A stretch of 64,000 bases of DNA. Source: Candidatus Krumholzibacteriota bacterium. Its GTDB lineage: Bacteria; Krumholzibacteriota; Krumholzibacteriia; LZORAL124-64-63. The stretch covers positions 8,789 through 72,788 of the forward strand of contig JBDLKA010000003.1 in NCBI GenBank assembly GCA_039714075.1, given 5' to 3'. How positions within the stretch are numbered: the stretch's first letter is position 1; every line of letters begins with the position of its first letter. The translations under genes and the position numbers were made by a program. Under the pieces are notes generated by a model. The model saw nothing but the letters and a program-made list of their open reading frames with translations. It did no database searches and had not been told where the DNA came from. Positions 37,873 to 46,718 of this stretch are shown piece by piece.

Positions 37873-38259
37873 TCAAACCGCCGGCCAGATCTGCCGCGCG
37901 GACATGAATCCCAACCAGACAGCCCCCAGCCCGAGAATGAGATTGGCCGAAACGTTGAGCAGGGCCAGGTGGGAAGCCCCGTCCTGCAGGTAGCGCAGGG
38001 TCTCGTAGCCGAAGGTGGAAAAGGTGGTGAAGGCCCCCAGGAAGCCCACGGCCAGCAACATGCGCAGCGGATGCGTCACCAGGGCGGTACCGCGGTCCAG
38101 TTCCAGCAGAAAGCCGAGGGCCAGACAGCCCAGCACGTTGACCATGAGGGTCCCGAAAGCAAAGTGGCTGCCCAGGGACCGTTCGGCCAGGATGCCGACT
38201 CCGTAGCGGGACACCGCTCCGGCGGCACCCGCGATTCCGACCAGAAACAGGGATTGCAA
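37873..38259 (-). CDS. crcB: Fluoride channel Fluc/CrcB
   Basis: GAAGAVSRY, FGTLMVNVLGC, GFLGAFTTFSTF; GGAGG RBS before a TTG start. Confidence 0.95.
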   Translation of the reverse strand: MQSLFLVGIAGAAGAVSRYGVGILAERSLGSHFAFGTLMVNVLGCLALGFLLELDRGTALVTHPLRMLLAVGFLGAFTTFSTFGYETLRYLQDGASHLALLNVSANLILGLGAVWLGFMSARQIWPAV

Positions 38260-38332
38260 GGCCAGTCCTCCCTAGATCATATGAAGGCGGCCGGACACCA
38301 GGCCCGGCCACCGCGCTCATCCGGATCCGAGG

Positions 38333-38917
38333 TCAGGAACCGATAACGTTCTTGACGGCCGCTTCGTAGGTTTCCTTGCCGAAGCCCCCCACCCATTTCT
38401 CCCGGATGACGCCCTCGCGGTCGATCAGGAACGTCGTGGGGATGCTCTGGATCCCGCCGAAAGCGGTGATGAGGTTGGGATCGTTGTTGAACATGACCAT
38501 TTCAAAGGTAAGCCCGTTGTTCACGGTGTAGGAGCGGACCTTGGCCTCACCTTCACGCCCCATGGCCACGCCGACAACCACCAGGTCGTCGCTGTAGGTC
38601 TCGCTGAGTTCCTGCAGATGCGGCATGGCCCTGCGGCAGGGCGGGCACCAGGTATCCCAGAAATCCAGGATGACGGCCTTGCCCTGCAGGCTGGACAGCT
38701 GGAGATTTCCGCCATTGATTTTCCTGAGGGTGAAATCCGGCGCGGGGCCCCCTTTGCGGGCCACGACCGGACGGGCGGGTTGGGTATCGGTCCCGGCATT
38801 CTCGGCGCCGGTTTCACCCTGCTCCGACCCGCAGCCGGACAGGGCCAGGGTGCCGCAGGCAAGAATGAAGATGGCGAGCACCAATCCAGGTATATTAAGA
38901 ACCGTCTTTCTGCGCAC
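38333..38917 (-). CDS. TlpA/ResA-family thiol-disulfide oxidoreductase lipoprotein
   Basis: Lipobox LSGC, APDFTL, LDFWDTWCPPC, IPTTFLID. Confidence 0.9.
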   Translation of the reverse strand: MRRKTVLNIPGLVLAIFILACGTLALSGCGSEQGETGAENAGTDTQPARPVVARKGGPAPDFTLRKINGGNLQLSSLQGKAVILDFWDTWCPPCRRAMPHLQELSETYSDDLVVVGVAMGREGEAKVRSYTVNNGLTFEMVMFNNDPNLITAFGGIQSIPTTFLIDREGVIREKWVGGFGKETYEAAVKNVIGS

Positions 38918-39194
38918 GGCAGATCCTCCCAGTTGGATGATGGTAGCGGGAACCTGTGTATGAAGTCGGTCTGGTAACCCACGGGCGGAATCCCAAACCC
39001 GGAGCAGAAGCGTTCGAACTCCGATAATTTGGGAAATATTTCCCCAATATGCAACTTTGGGCTATTTTTGGGCCCGCGGCGGGAACCATATCTTGTCTAA
39101 CCCCGTTATCTTCGTATAGTACCTTTCGTAAGGACCATTTTCGGCCCCACGGCCGAATTCACCGCGACAACCCCGTAGCGAGGTTCGCCGGAAC

Positions 39195-41042
39195 ATGAAA
39201 TCAGAACACCGAAGTCGTGCCTTGATCACCTTGGGGCTGTTTTTTGCTCTCACCTGGGCCTTGCCCCAACCGGCTTCAGCCGAAGTCCTGATCAAGGTCA
39301 CGCCCGGAAGCAAGACCGCGGAAATCGGCCAGGATATGGTCCTGGGAATTGAAGTTGTTCCCCCGGCAGGCACGGCCCTTCTGGCCGAAGGCCTGGTGAT
39401 CGAGGTTGCGCAGGAAGGTGGCTCCAATTTTTTCGGCACCCCCTACCCTCTGAAGACCCTGTCCGCAATTGATGAGCCAGCGAAGGCCTACCAGGGGACA
39501 GCCATTTTTGAATGGGCCGCTCCGGTTGGGGCCGATGTCGAGCCCCTGTCCGCCGAGCTCATTGTCACGGTGCGCGCCACCACCACTTCCGGGACCGCCG
39601 AAACCGGCCGCTGGTCGGGAACCATGGAAGTGGGCTACGGGGAAGAGTGGTCCGCCGACCGGATCAGCGATTTCATCGCGCGCAAGGGCATCGGTTTTTT
39701 CCTGGTGCTGGTGTTCGGCTTCGGCCTTCTGATGAGCCTGTCCCCCTGCATCTACCCCATGATCCCCATCACCCTGGCGGTCATCGGGGCCCAGAGTCAG
39801 GAAAAGGGGGCCATGCACGGCCTGATCATGTCCGTCACCTATGTGGTGGGCATGGCTTTCGTCTACGCCATCATGGGCGCCCTGAGCGCGACGGTTTTCA
39901 GCGGGATCACCGCCTTCATGCAAAGTCCCGTGGTGCTGGTGCCCATCGCCGTCCTGCTGCTGGTACTTTCCTTCAGCATGTTCGGCGCTTTTGAACTGCA
40001 GGCGCCCGCTTTTCTGCGGGACCGCCTACAGGGTCCCGGCGCGGGCAACCGGGGCGGACTGATCGGCGTTTTCGCCATGGGTCTGGTGGCCGGGCTGGTG
40101 GCCTCGCCCTGCGTGGGGCCCTTTCTGGCCGCTCTTCTGGTATGGGTCGCAACCACGGGCGACTGGATCCTGGGATTCCTCTCCCTGTTCACTTTCGGCA
40201 TGGGCATGGGTCTGCTGCTGATCGGAGTGGGAACCTTCCCCGCGCTGCTGGGCAGCATGCCCCAAAGCGGCGGCTGGATGGACACCGTCAAGAGGGGAAT
40301 GGGCCTGCTGCTGGTGGCCATGGCCTTCTATTTCGTGCGGCCCGGCAGCGTGCTCCCGGCCCACATCTTCTATCCCCTGGTCGGAGTCACCACCATCCTG
40401 ACCGCGGTGTTCATGGGGGCCTTCGATTCCCTGGCGCCGGAAGCCGGCTGGTGGCCCCGCACCCTCAAGGGTTTGGGCCTGGTGACCTTCGTGGCCGGGT
40501 TGTTTTTCCTGGGGGGATCATTCCTGCAGCACGGATTCCTGATGCCTTCCCCCCTGGCGGAAAATTTCGCACAACCCGTCAAGGAAGGGAAAGGCCCCGC
40601 GGCGACCACGGTGGTTTCCACCGGGAATGACGGCCCGGGCGAAACCGAGGCCGCCCCCCTGCCCGAAAAGGTCCAGTGGACCAAAATCCACACTGGCGAA
40701 AAAGTGGAATCCTTCATCGAGGCCAAAAGAGCGGAGGCCAAAGCCGCCGGTCGCCCGGTGATGATCGATTTCTGGGCCAAGTGGTGCGTCTATTGCAAGA
40801 AGCTCGACAAGCTGGTCTGGAATGTTCCCGAAGTGGTGGCCGAAGCCCAGCGGTTCGTGGCCATCAAGGTCGACGCCACGACGGCCGACGACGAGGAAAT
40901 GACGAAGATCAAAGAGGAGTTCAAGGTGTCCGGCCTGCCCCGCGTCATTTTCATCGACAGCCGGGGCGAGGTTCTCCATGGGCGGTCCGCGGGCTGGAAA
41001 CCGGCGGACGAGATGCTGGCGGTCATGAAAAGTATCCGCTGA
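39195..41042 (+). CDS. dsbD: DsbD-family disulfide reductase (N-domain, CcdA-type TM domain, thioredoxin domain)
   Basis: SLSPCIYPMIPI, VASPCVGP, FGMGMG, GGWM; C-terminal IDFWAKWCVYCK. Confidence 0.88.
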   Translation: MKSEHRSRALITLGLFFALTWALPQPASAEVLIKVTPGSKTAEIGQDMVLGIEVVPPAGTALLAEGLVIEVAQEGGSNFFGTPYPLKTLSAIDEPAKAYQGTAIFEWAAPVGADVEPLSAELIVTVRATTTSGTAETGRWSGTMEVGYGEEWSADRISDFIARKGIGFFLVLVFGFGLLMSLSPCIYPMIPITLAVIGAQSQEKGAMHGLIMSVTYVVGMAFVYAIMGALSATVFSGITAFMQSPVVLVPIAVLLLVLSFSMFGAFELQAPAFLRDRLQGPGAGNRGGLIGVFAMGLVAGLVASPCVGPFLAALLVWVATTGDWILGFLSLFTFGMGMGLLLIGVGTFPALLGSMPQSGGWMDTVKRGMGLLLVAMAFYFVRPGSVLPAHIFYPLVGVTTILTAVFMGAFDSLAPEAGWWPRTLKGLGLVTFVAGLFFLGGSFLQHGFLMPSPLAENFAQPVKEGKGPAATTVVSTGNDGPGETEAAPLPEKVQWTKIHTGEKVESFIEAKRAEAKAAGRPVMIDFWAKWCVYCKKLDKLVWNVPEVVAEAQRFVAIKVDATTADDEEMTKIKEEFKVSGLPRVIFIDSRGEVLHGRSAGWKPADEMLAVMKSIR

Positions 41043-41048
41043 CCCCGG

Positions 41049-41888
41049 CTACTGGAACCGTACTTCGGATCGATAGTCCCCGTCGAAAACCTTCAGGGGG
41101 CCGTTGCCCGGGTTTTCGGTCAGGATCTCGGGCATCCCGTCCCCGTCGATGTCCAGCAATTCTATCTTGCCGAAAAACGGCTCGTCTTCCCACTCGATAT
41201 CCCCGGAGACCGAATCGACCACCTGGCCGGAGTTCAGGACGATTTCCACCCGGCGGTCGCCGTCGATATCCCCGCACCGCACCTGGGTGGCCGAGTATTC
41301 GTTGATGCTGGTGAAGTCCTTGGTGAAATTGGCGCCGTCGACGTAGACGATGCGGTTGTCCGCCACCATGACGATTTCATTGGCTGCATCATCGTCCATG
41401 TTGGCGGTGGTGAAACAGGAGACGGTCTCGTATTCCCCCGGCAGCGATTCCCACAGCAGGACATACCCGTCCATGGCCCAGGCATACACCTTCCCGTTGC
41501 TGGTCCGGCAGAGAATGCCGTCCTCCAGGCCGTCACCATCCAGATCCGCTGTAATGACTTCGTCGGGAATGCCGCTGAGCTGGATGCTCTTCCAGACCCT
41601 GCTGACACCCTGGCCGTCCATCTTGGCCACCTGGACGGTGCCGAACCTCTCGCCGATGGCGAAGAACATTCCCTCTTCACCGTGGATGGGTTCGAACTTG
41701 GCGACATGGTTCACCCGGTCGGCCGCCCAGGACAAGGTGCGGTACTGGGAGTAGGACAATTCCCCCGCGGCACGGGCCATCCCGGGTCCGGATCCCAGCA
41801 GGGCGAGGAAGGCAAACAGGACCGTCAGGAAAACCATACGGGCGGCAGGCACACGCCACGCCGGTAAAACGCCACGAAAGATCAGCAT
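41049..41888 (-). CDS. Secreted FG-GAP/VCBS-repeat protein
   Basis: Signal peptide ending ARA-A; repeats ADLDGDGLED, NMDDDAANEIV, GDIDGDRRVEIV, DIDGDGMPEIL. Confidence 0.8.
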   Translation of the reverse strand: MLIFRGVLPAWRVPAARMVFLTVLFAFLALLGSGPGMARAAGELSYSQYRTLSWAADRVNHVAKFEPIHGEEGMFFAIGERFGTVQVAKMDGQGVSRVWKSIQLSGIPDEVITADLDGDGLEDGILCRTSNGKVYAWAMDGYVLLWESLPGEYETVSCFTTANMDDDAANEIVMVADNRIVYVDGANFTKDFTSINEYSATQVRCGDIDGDRRVEIVLNSGQVVDSVSGDIEWEDEPFFGKIELLDIDGDGMPEILTENPGNGPLKVFDGDYRSEVRFQ

Positions 41889-42273
41889 GAAACACCTCAG
41901 TGCGGAAAGCCGTGCGGGGTCCGGCAGACCCGGGGCGGCACGGCGGGTTCATCAGGGGGTGACCCGATCAATATAACCCACTCGGGCAGTCCGGTCATGT
42001 ATTTCAGTGTTGTCGAATCGATTCGGACTACGGCCAGGCGAGTCGTCGGCCCGGGGCCGGCTGGTGTCACTGAAACCCGAACCCAGACCCTGGAACAGGT
42101 TGACCTCGGTGCGGCCGGTGCCAGACAAAGTTCTTTGTTGACCAGTCAACTTGCTGCCATTAAATAATATATAAATACTGGTGACCACCCCCGGTGCAAC
42201 GGGGAAGGGAATTCGCATGGAGGGCTGAAATGATGGCTGAAAAGCGCGCACCCGGCACCGAAGCGGACCAGAC

Positions 42274-42924
42274 GTGAAAAACCCCATTCCCGACCCCGAC
42301 CTGGGCGATCCCCCCGACAGCTATCTGACCCTGGCTGAAGCCGCGGAAGTAGAGCTGAAAGTTCAACGGTCCCGCTTCGTGGCCCTGGCCGTTCCGGTCA
42401 CTTCGGCGGCGGAAGCCCGCGTCCGTCTGGAGGAAACCGCCCGGCGTTACCATGACGCCCGTCATGTCTGTTACGGATACCGGCTGGGTGTGGGCCGGGA
42501 CATGGCCACCCGCAAAAGTGACGACGGTGAACCTTCCGGCACGGCGGGCGAACCGATTCTGGCGGCCATCGGCAAGTTGGATCTGACGGACGTCCTGGTG
42601 ATGGTGGTCCGATATTTCGGAGGGATCAAGCTGGGCACAGGTGGTCTGGCCCGGGCCTACGGCCGGGCGGCCGCCGAGGCGCTCAGCCGCGGCACCATTC
42701 GTGAAGTCCCGCTGGGCCGGGAGTTTGTCCTGGATTTTTCCTACGCCCAGGAAAAGACCGTCCGCCGCCTCCTGGAAAGCTGGCGGGGCCGTCCCGTCGC
42801 TCAGGATTACGGGGAGAACGTCCGCTGGCGCATCTGGCTGCCCCACTCCGCCTGGCGGGGTTTTGCCGGATCCCTTACCGAACAAACCGCCGGTGCGGTT
42901 GTCCTGGAAGAAGCGGACTGCTGA
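42274..42924 (+). CDS. yigZ: YigZ/IMPACT family protein
   Basis: SRFVA, DARHVCYGY, SDDGEPSGTAGEPIL, VVRYFGGIKLGTGGLARAY. Confidence 0.92.
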   Translation: MKNPIPDPDLGDPPDSYLTLAEAAEVELKVQRSRFVALAVPVTSAAEARVRLEETARRYHDARHVCYGYRLGVGRDMATRKSDDGEPSGTAGEPILAAIGKLDLTDVLVMVVRYFGGIKLGTGGLARAYGRAAAEALSRGTIREVPLGREFVLDFSYAQEKTVRRLLESWRGRPVAQDYGENVRWRIWLPHSAWRGFAGSLTEQTAGAVVLEEADC

Positions 42925-42933
42925 TTTCCCAAC

Positions 42934-42966
42934 AAAAAAAGGGCCCCGGTGCCACCGGAGCCCTTT
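42934..42966. terminator. Intrinsic terminator between convergent yigZ and sigma factor genes
   Basis: A7 then stem AAAGGGCCCCGGTG/CACCGGAGCCCTTT; U-tract on the minus strand. Confidence 0.75.
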
Positions 42967-43025
42967 CCCATTCGCCCGCATCCATTTATTTGGGCCGGTG
43001 ACGGTATGCCGGCCTTGCCGTTTCG

Positions 43026-44066
43026 CTAGACGGTCGTCTCCTCGGCGTAATCCTGCATGTACCGGAAGGCCTTGCTCTGACGGATCTTCTCGAAGGCCTC
43101 TTCCTTGATCTGCCGGATCCGCTCGCGGGTCAGGCCCATGATCTGCCCGATTTCCTCGAGGGTCATTTCCTGGTCGCTGCCCAGGCCGTAATACAACCGC
43201 AGGACCTTGGCCTCGCGCTCTTTAAGATCACCCAGCATGCGGCCGATGCTCGAGTTCAGGTCATCGTCCAGAACCTTGTTGTCCGGACCGACGCTGGTGG
43301 TGTCCTCGAGGAAGTCCAGGTAGGTGCTGTCCTCGTCGTTACCCACGAAGTCATCCAGGAAGAAATTGTCCTGCATCAGGGGAAGGGTGTCCTTCACCTC
43401 GTCGATGGACAGGCCCAGAACCTTGGCGATTTCCTCGGGCTCGGGCTTGCGGCGCAGCTTCTGCTGCAGTTCGCCGCTGGCCTTCTTGATCTGGTTCAGC
43501 ACGCGGGCCCGGTTCAAGGGCATGCGCACGATCTTGCTGTGGTTGGCCAGCGCGGCCAGGATCGACTGGCGGATCCACCACACGGCGTAGCTGATGAACT
43601 TGAAGCCGCGCGTCTCGTCAAACCGCTGGGCGGCCTTCAGGAGCCCCAGGTTGCCCTCGTTGATCAGATCTTCCAGGGGTACACCGTAGTGGGCGTATTC
43701 CTTGGCGATCGAGACCACGAACCGCAGGTTGGCCTTGACCAGCTTGTGCAGGCTTTCGCTGTCGTTGGAATGGATACCGCGGGCCAGTTCGCACTCCTCG
43801 GCCCTGGTCAGCAGCGAGTAGGCCTTCACTTCCTGGAAATAGAGATCCAGGGTGCTCATCAACTGGGCGGCCGGAGCCACTTGGTCGGAGCTGACCTTGG
43901 CCGCTTTGGTTTTGGCGGCTTTGGTTTTGGCGGCCTTGGTTTTGGCGGCCTTGGTTTTTGTGGCCTTACCTTTGGCCGCTACCTTGGTCTTGGCGGCAAC
44001 CTTGGTCCTGGCGGCTTTATTGGTCCGGGCGGTGGTCTTCTTTTTTTCGGTCTTGCTAACAGCCAT
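43026..44066 (-). CDS. Sigma-70 factor, RpoD/SigA family, with Lys/Ala-rich N-terminal extension
   Basis: Region 1.2 LDLYFQEV..YSLLT, region 2 ANLRFVVSIAK...DLINEGNLGL..AAQRFDETRGFKFISYAVWWIRQ, region 4 TLEEIG..MGLTRERIRQI; start MAVSKTE after a GGAGAGG RBS. Confidence 0.93.
   Translation of the reverse strand: MAVSKTEKKKTTARTNKAARTKVAAKTKVAAKGKATKTKAAKTKAAKTKAAKTKAAKVSSDQVAPAAQLMSTLDLYFQEVKAYSLLTRAEECELARGIHSNDSESLHKLVKANLRFVVSIAKEYAHYGVPLEDLINEGNLGLLKAAQRFDETRGFKFISYAVWWIRQSILAALANHSKIVRMPLNRARVLNQIKKASGELQQKLRRKPEPEEIAKVLGLSIDEVKDTLPLMQDNFFLDDFVGNDEDSTYLDFLEDTTSVGPDNKVLDDDLNSSIGRMLGDLKEREAKVLRLYYGLGSDQEMTLEEIGQIMGLTRERIRQIKEEAFEKIRQSKAFRYMQDYAEETTV
43896..44018 (-). repeat. Coding repeats encoding (AAKTK)n and KVAAK units at the sigma N-terminus
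   Basis: 15-bp units ttggttttggcggc(t/c) plus degenerate flanking copies. Confidence 0.8.
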
Positions 44067-44293
44067 TTCAATTTCCTCTCCGGGTAATCCTGCATTTTTT
44101 TCCGGACGCGTTATCCCCCGGGTCATGCTTTGTTGTCGTTTGGGGGCAAACCCGTACCCAACCAATAACAATATCTGTACCATAATTTCGAAAAATCTAA
44201 ACTTCTCGACGAATCTCTATTGTATTACACTCCAATGCTTTACAAGATGACGAAATCTGTTTTTTCGCTAACGGGGTCCAAAATTCCCTTCTT

Positions 44294-44312
44294 TCTTGAC
44301 AATTTGTCAAGA
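44294..44312. promoter_or_regulatory. Perfect inverted repeat, candidate operator between divergent genes
   Basis: TCTTGACAA-T-TTGTCAAGA in an AT-rich intergenic region. Confidence 0.5.
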
Positions 44313-44469
44313 CCGTCCCTGCCGGGGACGTCACTTTGTCAAATTTTTTTTGGAAATAATTGATATCCGGTCCGCCTCAATAGGCAGTTGGGCAGAAGCT
44401 CCTTCATGGGATATGATGATGATTCGTCAGGCCACCCGTCAAACCCGAACATCCCCACGGGAGCGATCC

Positions 44470-46662
44470 ATGCCGGCAAATCAAGGCCCCACCGTGACGG
44501 ACTCCCAATCCGCGCCGAGGCCGTCATCCATCTGGTGGGGGGCACCCGCCCTGTTGATTCCCCTTCTAACGGGCGTTCTCCTGTCCTGGCACAGCCTCGG
44601 GGACTACGATATCTGGTTCCACCTGCGGGCCGGACGCGATCTTCTGGAAGGTCAGGGAGTGATCGCCACCAATCTGCACTCCTTCACCGAACCGGACCAC
44701 CCCTGGGTCAATCATGAATGGATGTTCCAGGCTCTGACCGCCCTGACCGGCCCACGATCCCCGGATTCAGCCTCCAGCGCGGCGCAGCCGGATGTGCTGG
44801 GCTGGCACCTGACAAGGTCCCTGCTGACACTCCTGCTGTTGTTGACCCTTATCGGGGGTGACGGCGGCTGGGCGAAGTTCCGCGGCCGGGCGGGGCCCGT
44901 CGTGGCGGCCTGGTCGGGAGTGCCGATCCTGGCCGCCCTGATGCTGATCTGGCCCCGATTGACAATCCGTCCGGAATTGTTCTCCTACCTGTTTTTCGTG
45001 GTCCTGGTCAGGGGCACCGAGAGGGTTTTTCGCGGATCCCAAACCCCATCCGGAAGTGGGTGGCCACCGGTGGTCCGCATTTTTCTGCTTACGGTGGTCT
45101 GGGCGCAATTCCACGGGTTCGCCGCCCTGGTTCCCGCCGTCCTGCTGCTGGCCTGGATCCTGACCCCCATCCAATCACGCGTGGAACATCACAGAACCTT
45201 CCCTGATACCCAAGGACCACCTCGCTGGCGTGGAGCCGCCTTGATCGGGTTGAGTCTGGTGGCCCTGACCCTGACGCCCAATGGCTGGAACGGCCTGTTG
45301 ATGCCCCTGCGGGCCCTGGGGCAGTTCTCCCAGGATCAGGTGGATCTGCGCGCCACGATCTCGGAGCTGGTTCCCCTGCAGGATTCCCCCAATTCGTTGG
45401 CCTTGACCATCACCGCCTATCGCGTCTGCCTGGTCTGGGGATTGATTTGGATCATCGGCACCTGGGGGCGGGTCAGCCTGCTGCGGATCATCATCTTTGC
45501 CCTGGCCGGATGGGCCGCCTGGAACACGCAGCGCAGCAGCGGTTTTTTCGGCCTGGCCTTCATCCTGCTTCATTCGGGAGCAGGCACCCGCCCCTGGCGC
45601 TTTTCCCTGCCGGGGCGAGTGACGACCCGGCGACCCACGGCAACCGCCGTTGTGGGGCTGGCCCTCACTTTCCTGGTTGCCGGCATTTTCTGGCCCCGGA
45701 TCGTCAATGACGACTTTTATCTGCAGGAAGGCGTGGGACGCCGCTTCGGTGCGGGGTTGGCGCCGGCACACTACCAGATCGGAGCCGCCACGGCCCTGGC
45801 CTCTCACCGGAACCCGCGGGTTTTCGCCAACCTGGACGCGGCCGGGTTTCTTTTGGCAAACACCTCCGCGCGACCGTTCATCGACGGGCGGACCGAAGCC
45901 TATTCCGCCGACCTCTGGAACGAATACCATCGCATCAGGAAAGCCGATGACCAGTCACTGCAATTGCTGGCCCAACGCTCGGTGGAATGGGTCTGCCTGG
46001 CAACAGGTGGCGGCGCCTTCATACCGTTGGCCGAAAAGCTGCTGGTCTCTCCCGCCTGGAAGCTGGCGGTGGCGGAGGGAGCCGGGCTTTTGTTCCGCCG
46101 TACTGATGAGGCCGGCGATCCCCCGGTGACATCGGCCCGGGACCAGAGCGGTTTGCTGGTCCGGGCCGCCCGGGATATTCGTTCCCCCGACGAAAAGGAA
46201 TCCCCCACCCGCAAGGCCGACCTGTGCCTGGCCGCGGGCCGCCTCTACAAATTCGCCGCGGATCCCGGACCGCGGGAGGAAGTCTATCGGCTGGGGCTGG
46301 AATTCAAAGGCAACCACCCGAACCTGAATCACAATCTGGGCAACCTGCTGCTGAACCGGAATGGGTTCAAGGAGGCCCTCCCCCTGTTCACGACCGCCCT
46401 GGAAGTGAACCCGCGGCTGGTCGGCTCCGCCCTCAACGCCGGAGTCTGCCAGATGCGGCTGGGGCGTCCTGCGGACGCCGTGGACTCATTCCGCCGGGCG
46501 GTTTCCCTGGACCCGGACCGGTTCGAGGGCTGGGTCAATCTTGCCGCCGCCTACCAGGGATCCGGAAATCGGCAGGGAGCGGTCTCGGCCTTGAAACGGG
46601 CCCTGGAAATCAGGCCGCGTGATTCACGGCTGCAGAAGCGATTGCGGGAATTGGGCGGGTGA
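44470..46662 (+). CDS. Polytopic membrane protein (possible GT-C fold glycosyltransferase) with C-terminal TPRs
   Basis: DYDIWFHLRAG...SFT...WVNHEWMFQ, IRPELFS, WAQFHG, PFIDGRTEAY, about 10 TM segments, 3-4 TPRs (NHNLGNLL, WVNLAAAY); start uncertain. Confidence 0.75.
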   Translation: MPANQGPTVTDSQSAPRPSSIWWGAPALLIPLLTGVLLSWHSLGDYDIWFHLRAGRDLLEGQGVIATNLHSFTEPDHPWVNHEWMFQALTALTGPRSPDSASSAAQPDVLGWHLTRSLLTLLLLLTLIGGDGGWAKFRGRAGPVVAAWSGVPILAALMLIWPRLTIRPELFSYLFFVVLVRGTERVFRGSQTPSGSGWPPVVRIFLLTVVWAQFHGFAALVPAVLLLAWILTPIQSRVEHHRTFPDTQGPPRWRGAALIGLSLVALTLTPNGWNGLLMPLRALGQFSQDQVDLRATISELVPLQDSPNSLALTITAYRVCLVWGLIWIIGTWGRVSLLRIIIFALAGWAAWNTQRSSGFFGLAFILLHSGAGTRPWRFSLPGRVTTRRPTATAVVGLALTFLVAGIFWPRIVNDDFYLQEGVGRRFGAGLAPAHYQIGAATALASHRNPRVFANLDAAGFLLANTSARPFIDGRTEAYSADLWNEYHRIRKADDQSLQLLAQRSVEWVCLATGGGAFIPLAEKLLVSPAWKLAVAEGAGLLFRRTDEAGDPPVTSARDQSGLLVRAARDIRSPDEKESPTRKADLCLAAGRLYKFAADPGPREEVYRLGLEFKGNHPNLNHNLGNLLLNRNGFKEALPLFTTALEVNPRLVGSALNAGVCQMRLGRPADAVDSFRRAVSLDPDRFEGWVNLAAAYQGSGNRQGAVSALKRALEIRPRDSRLQKRLRELGG

Positions 46663-46718
46663 CATGAGGCAATGGAACCACCGGGCCCGGCCATGGACCG
46701 GACCCGGTCTCAAATCAT

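Noticed and set aside
38260-38332. Fluoride riboswitch upstream of crcB
   Set aside because: No GGCGATGG...TGATG-type consensus is visible; crcB seems to follow tlpA directly.
46680-46708. Hairpin between the convergent TPR-membrane and DUF4139 genes
   Set aside because: The stem is imperfect and has no U-tract, so it is too weak to call a terminator.
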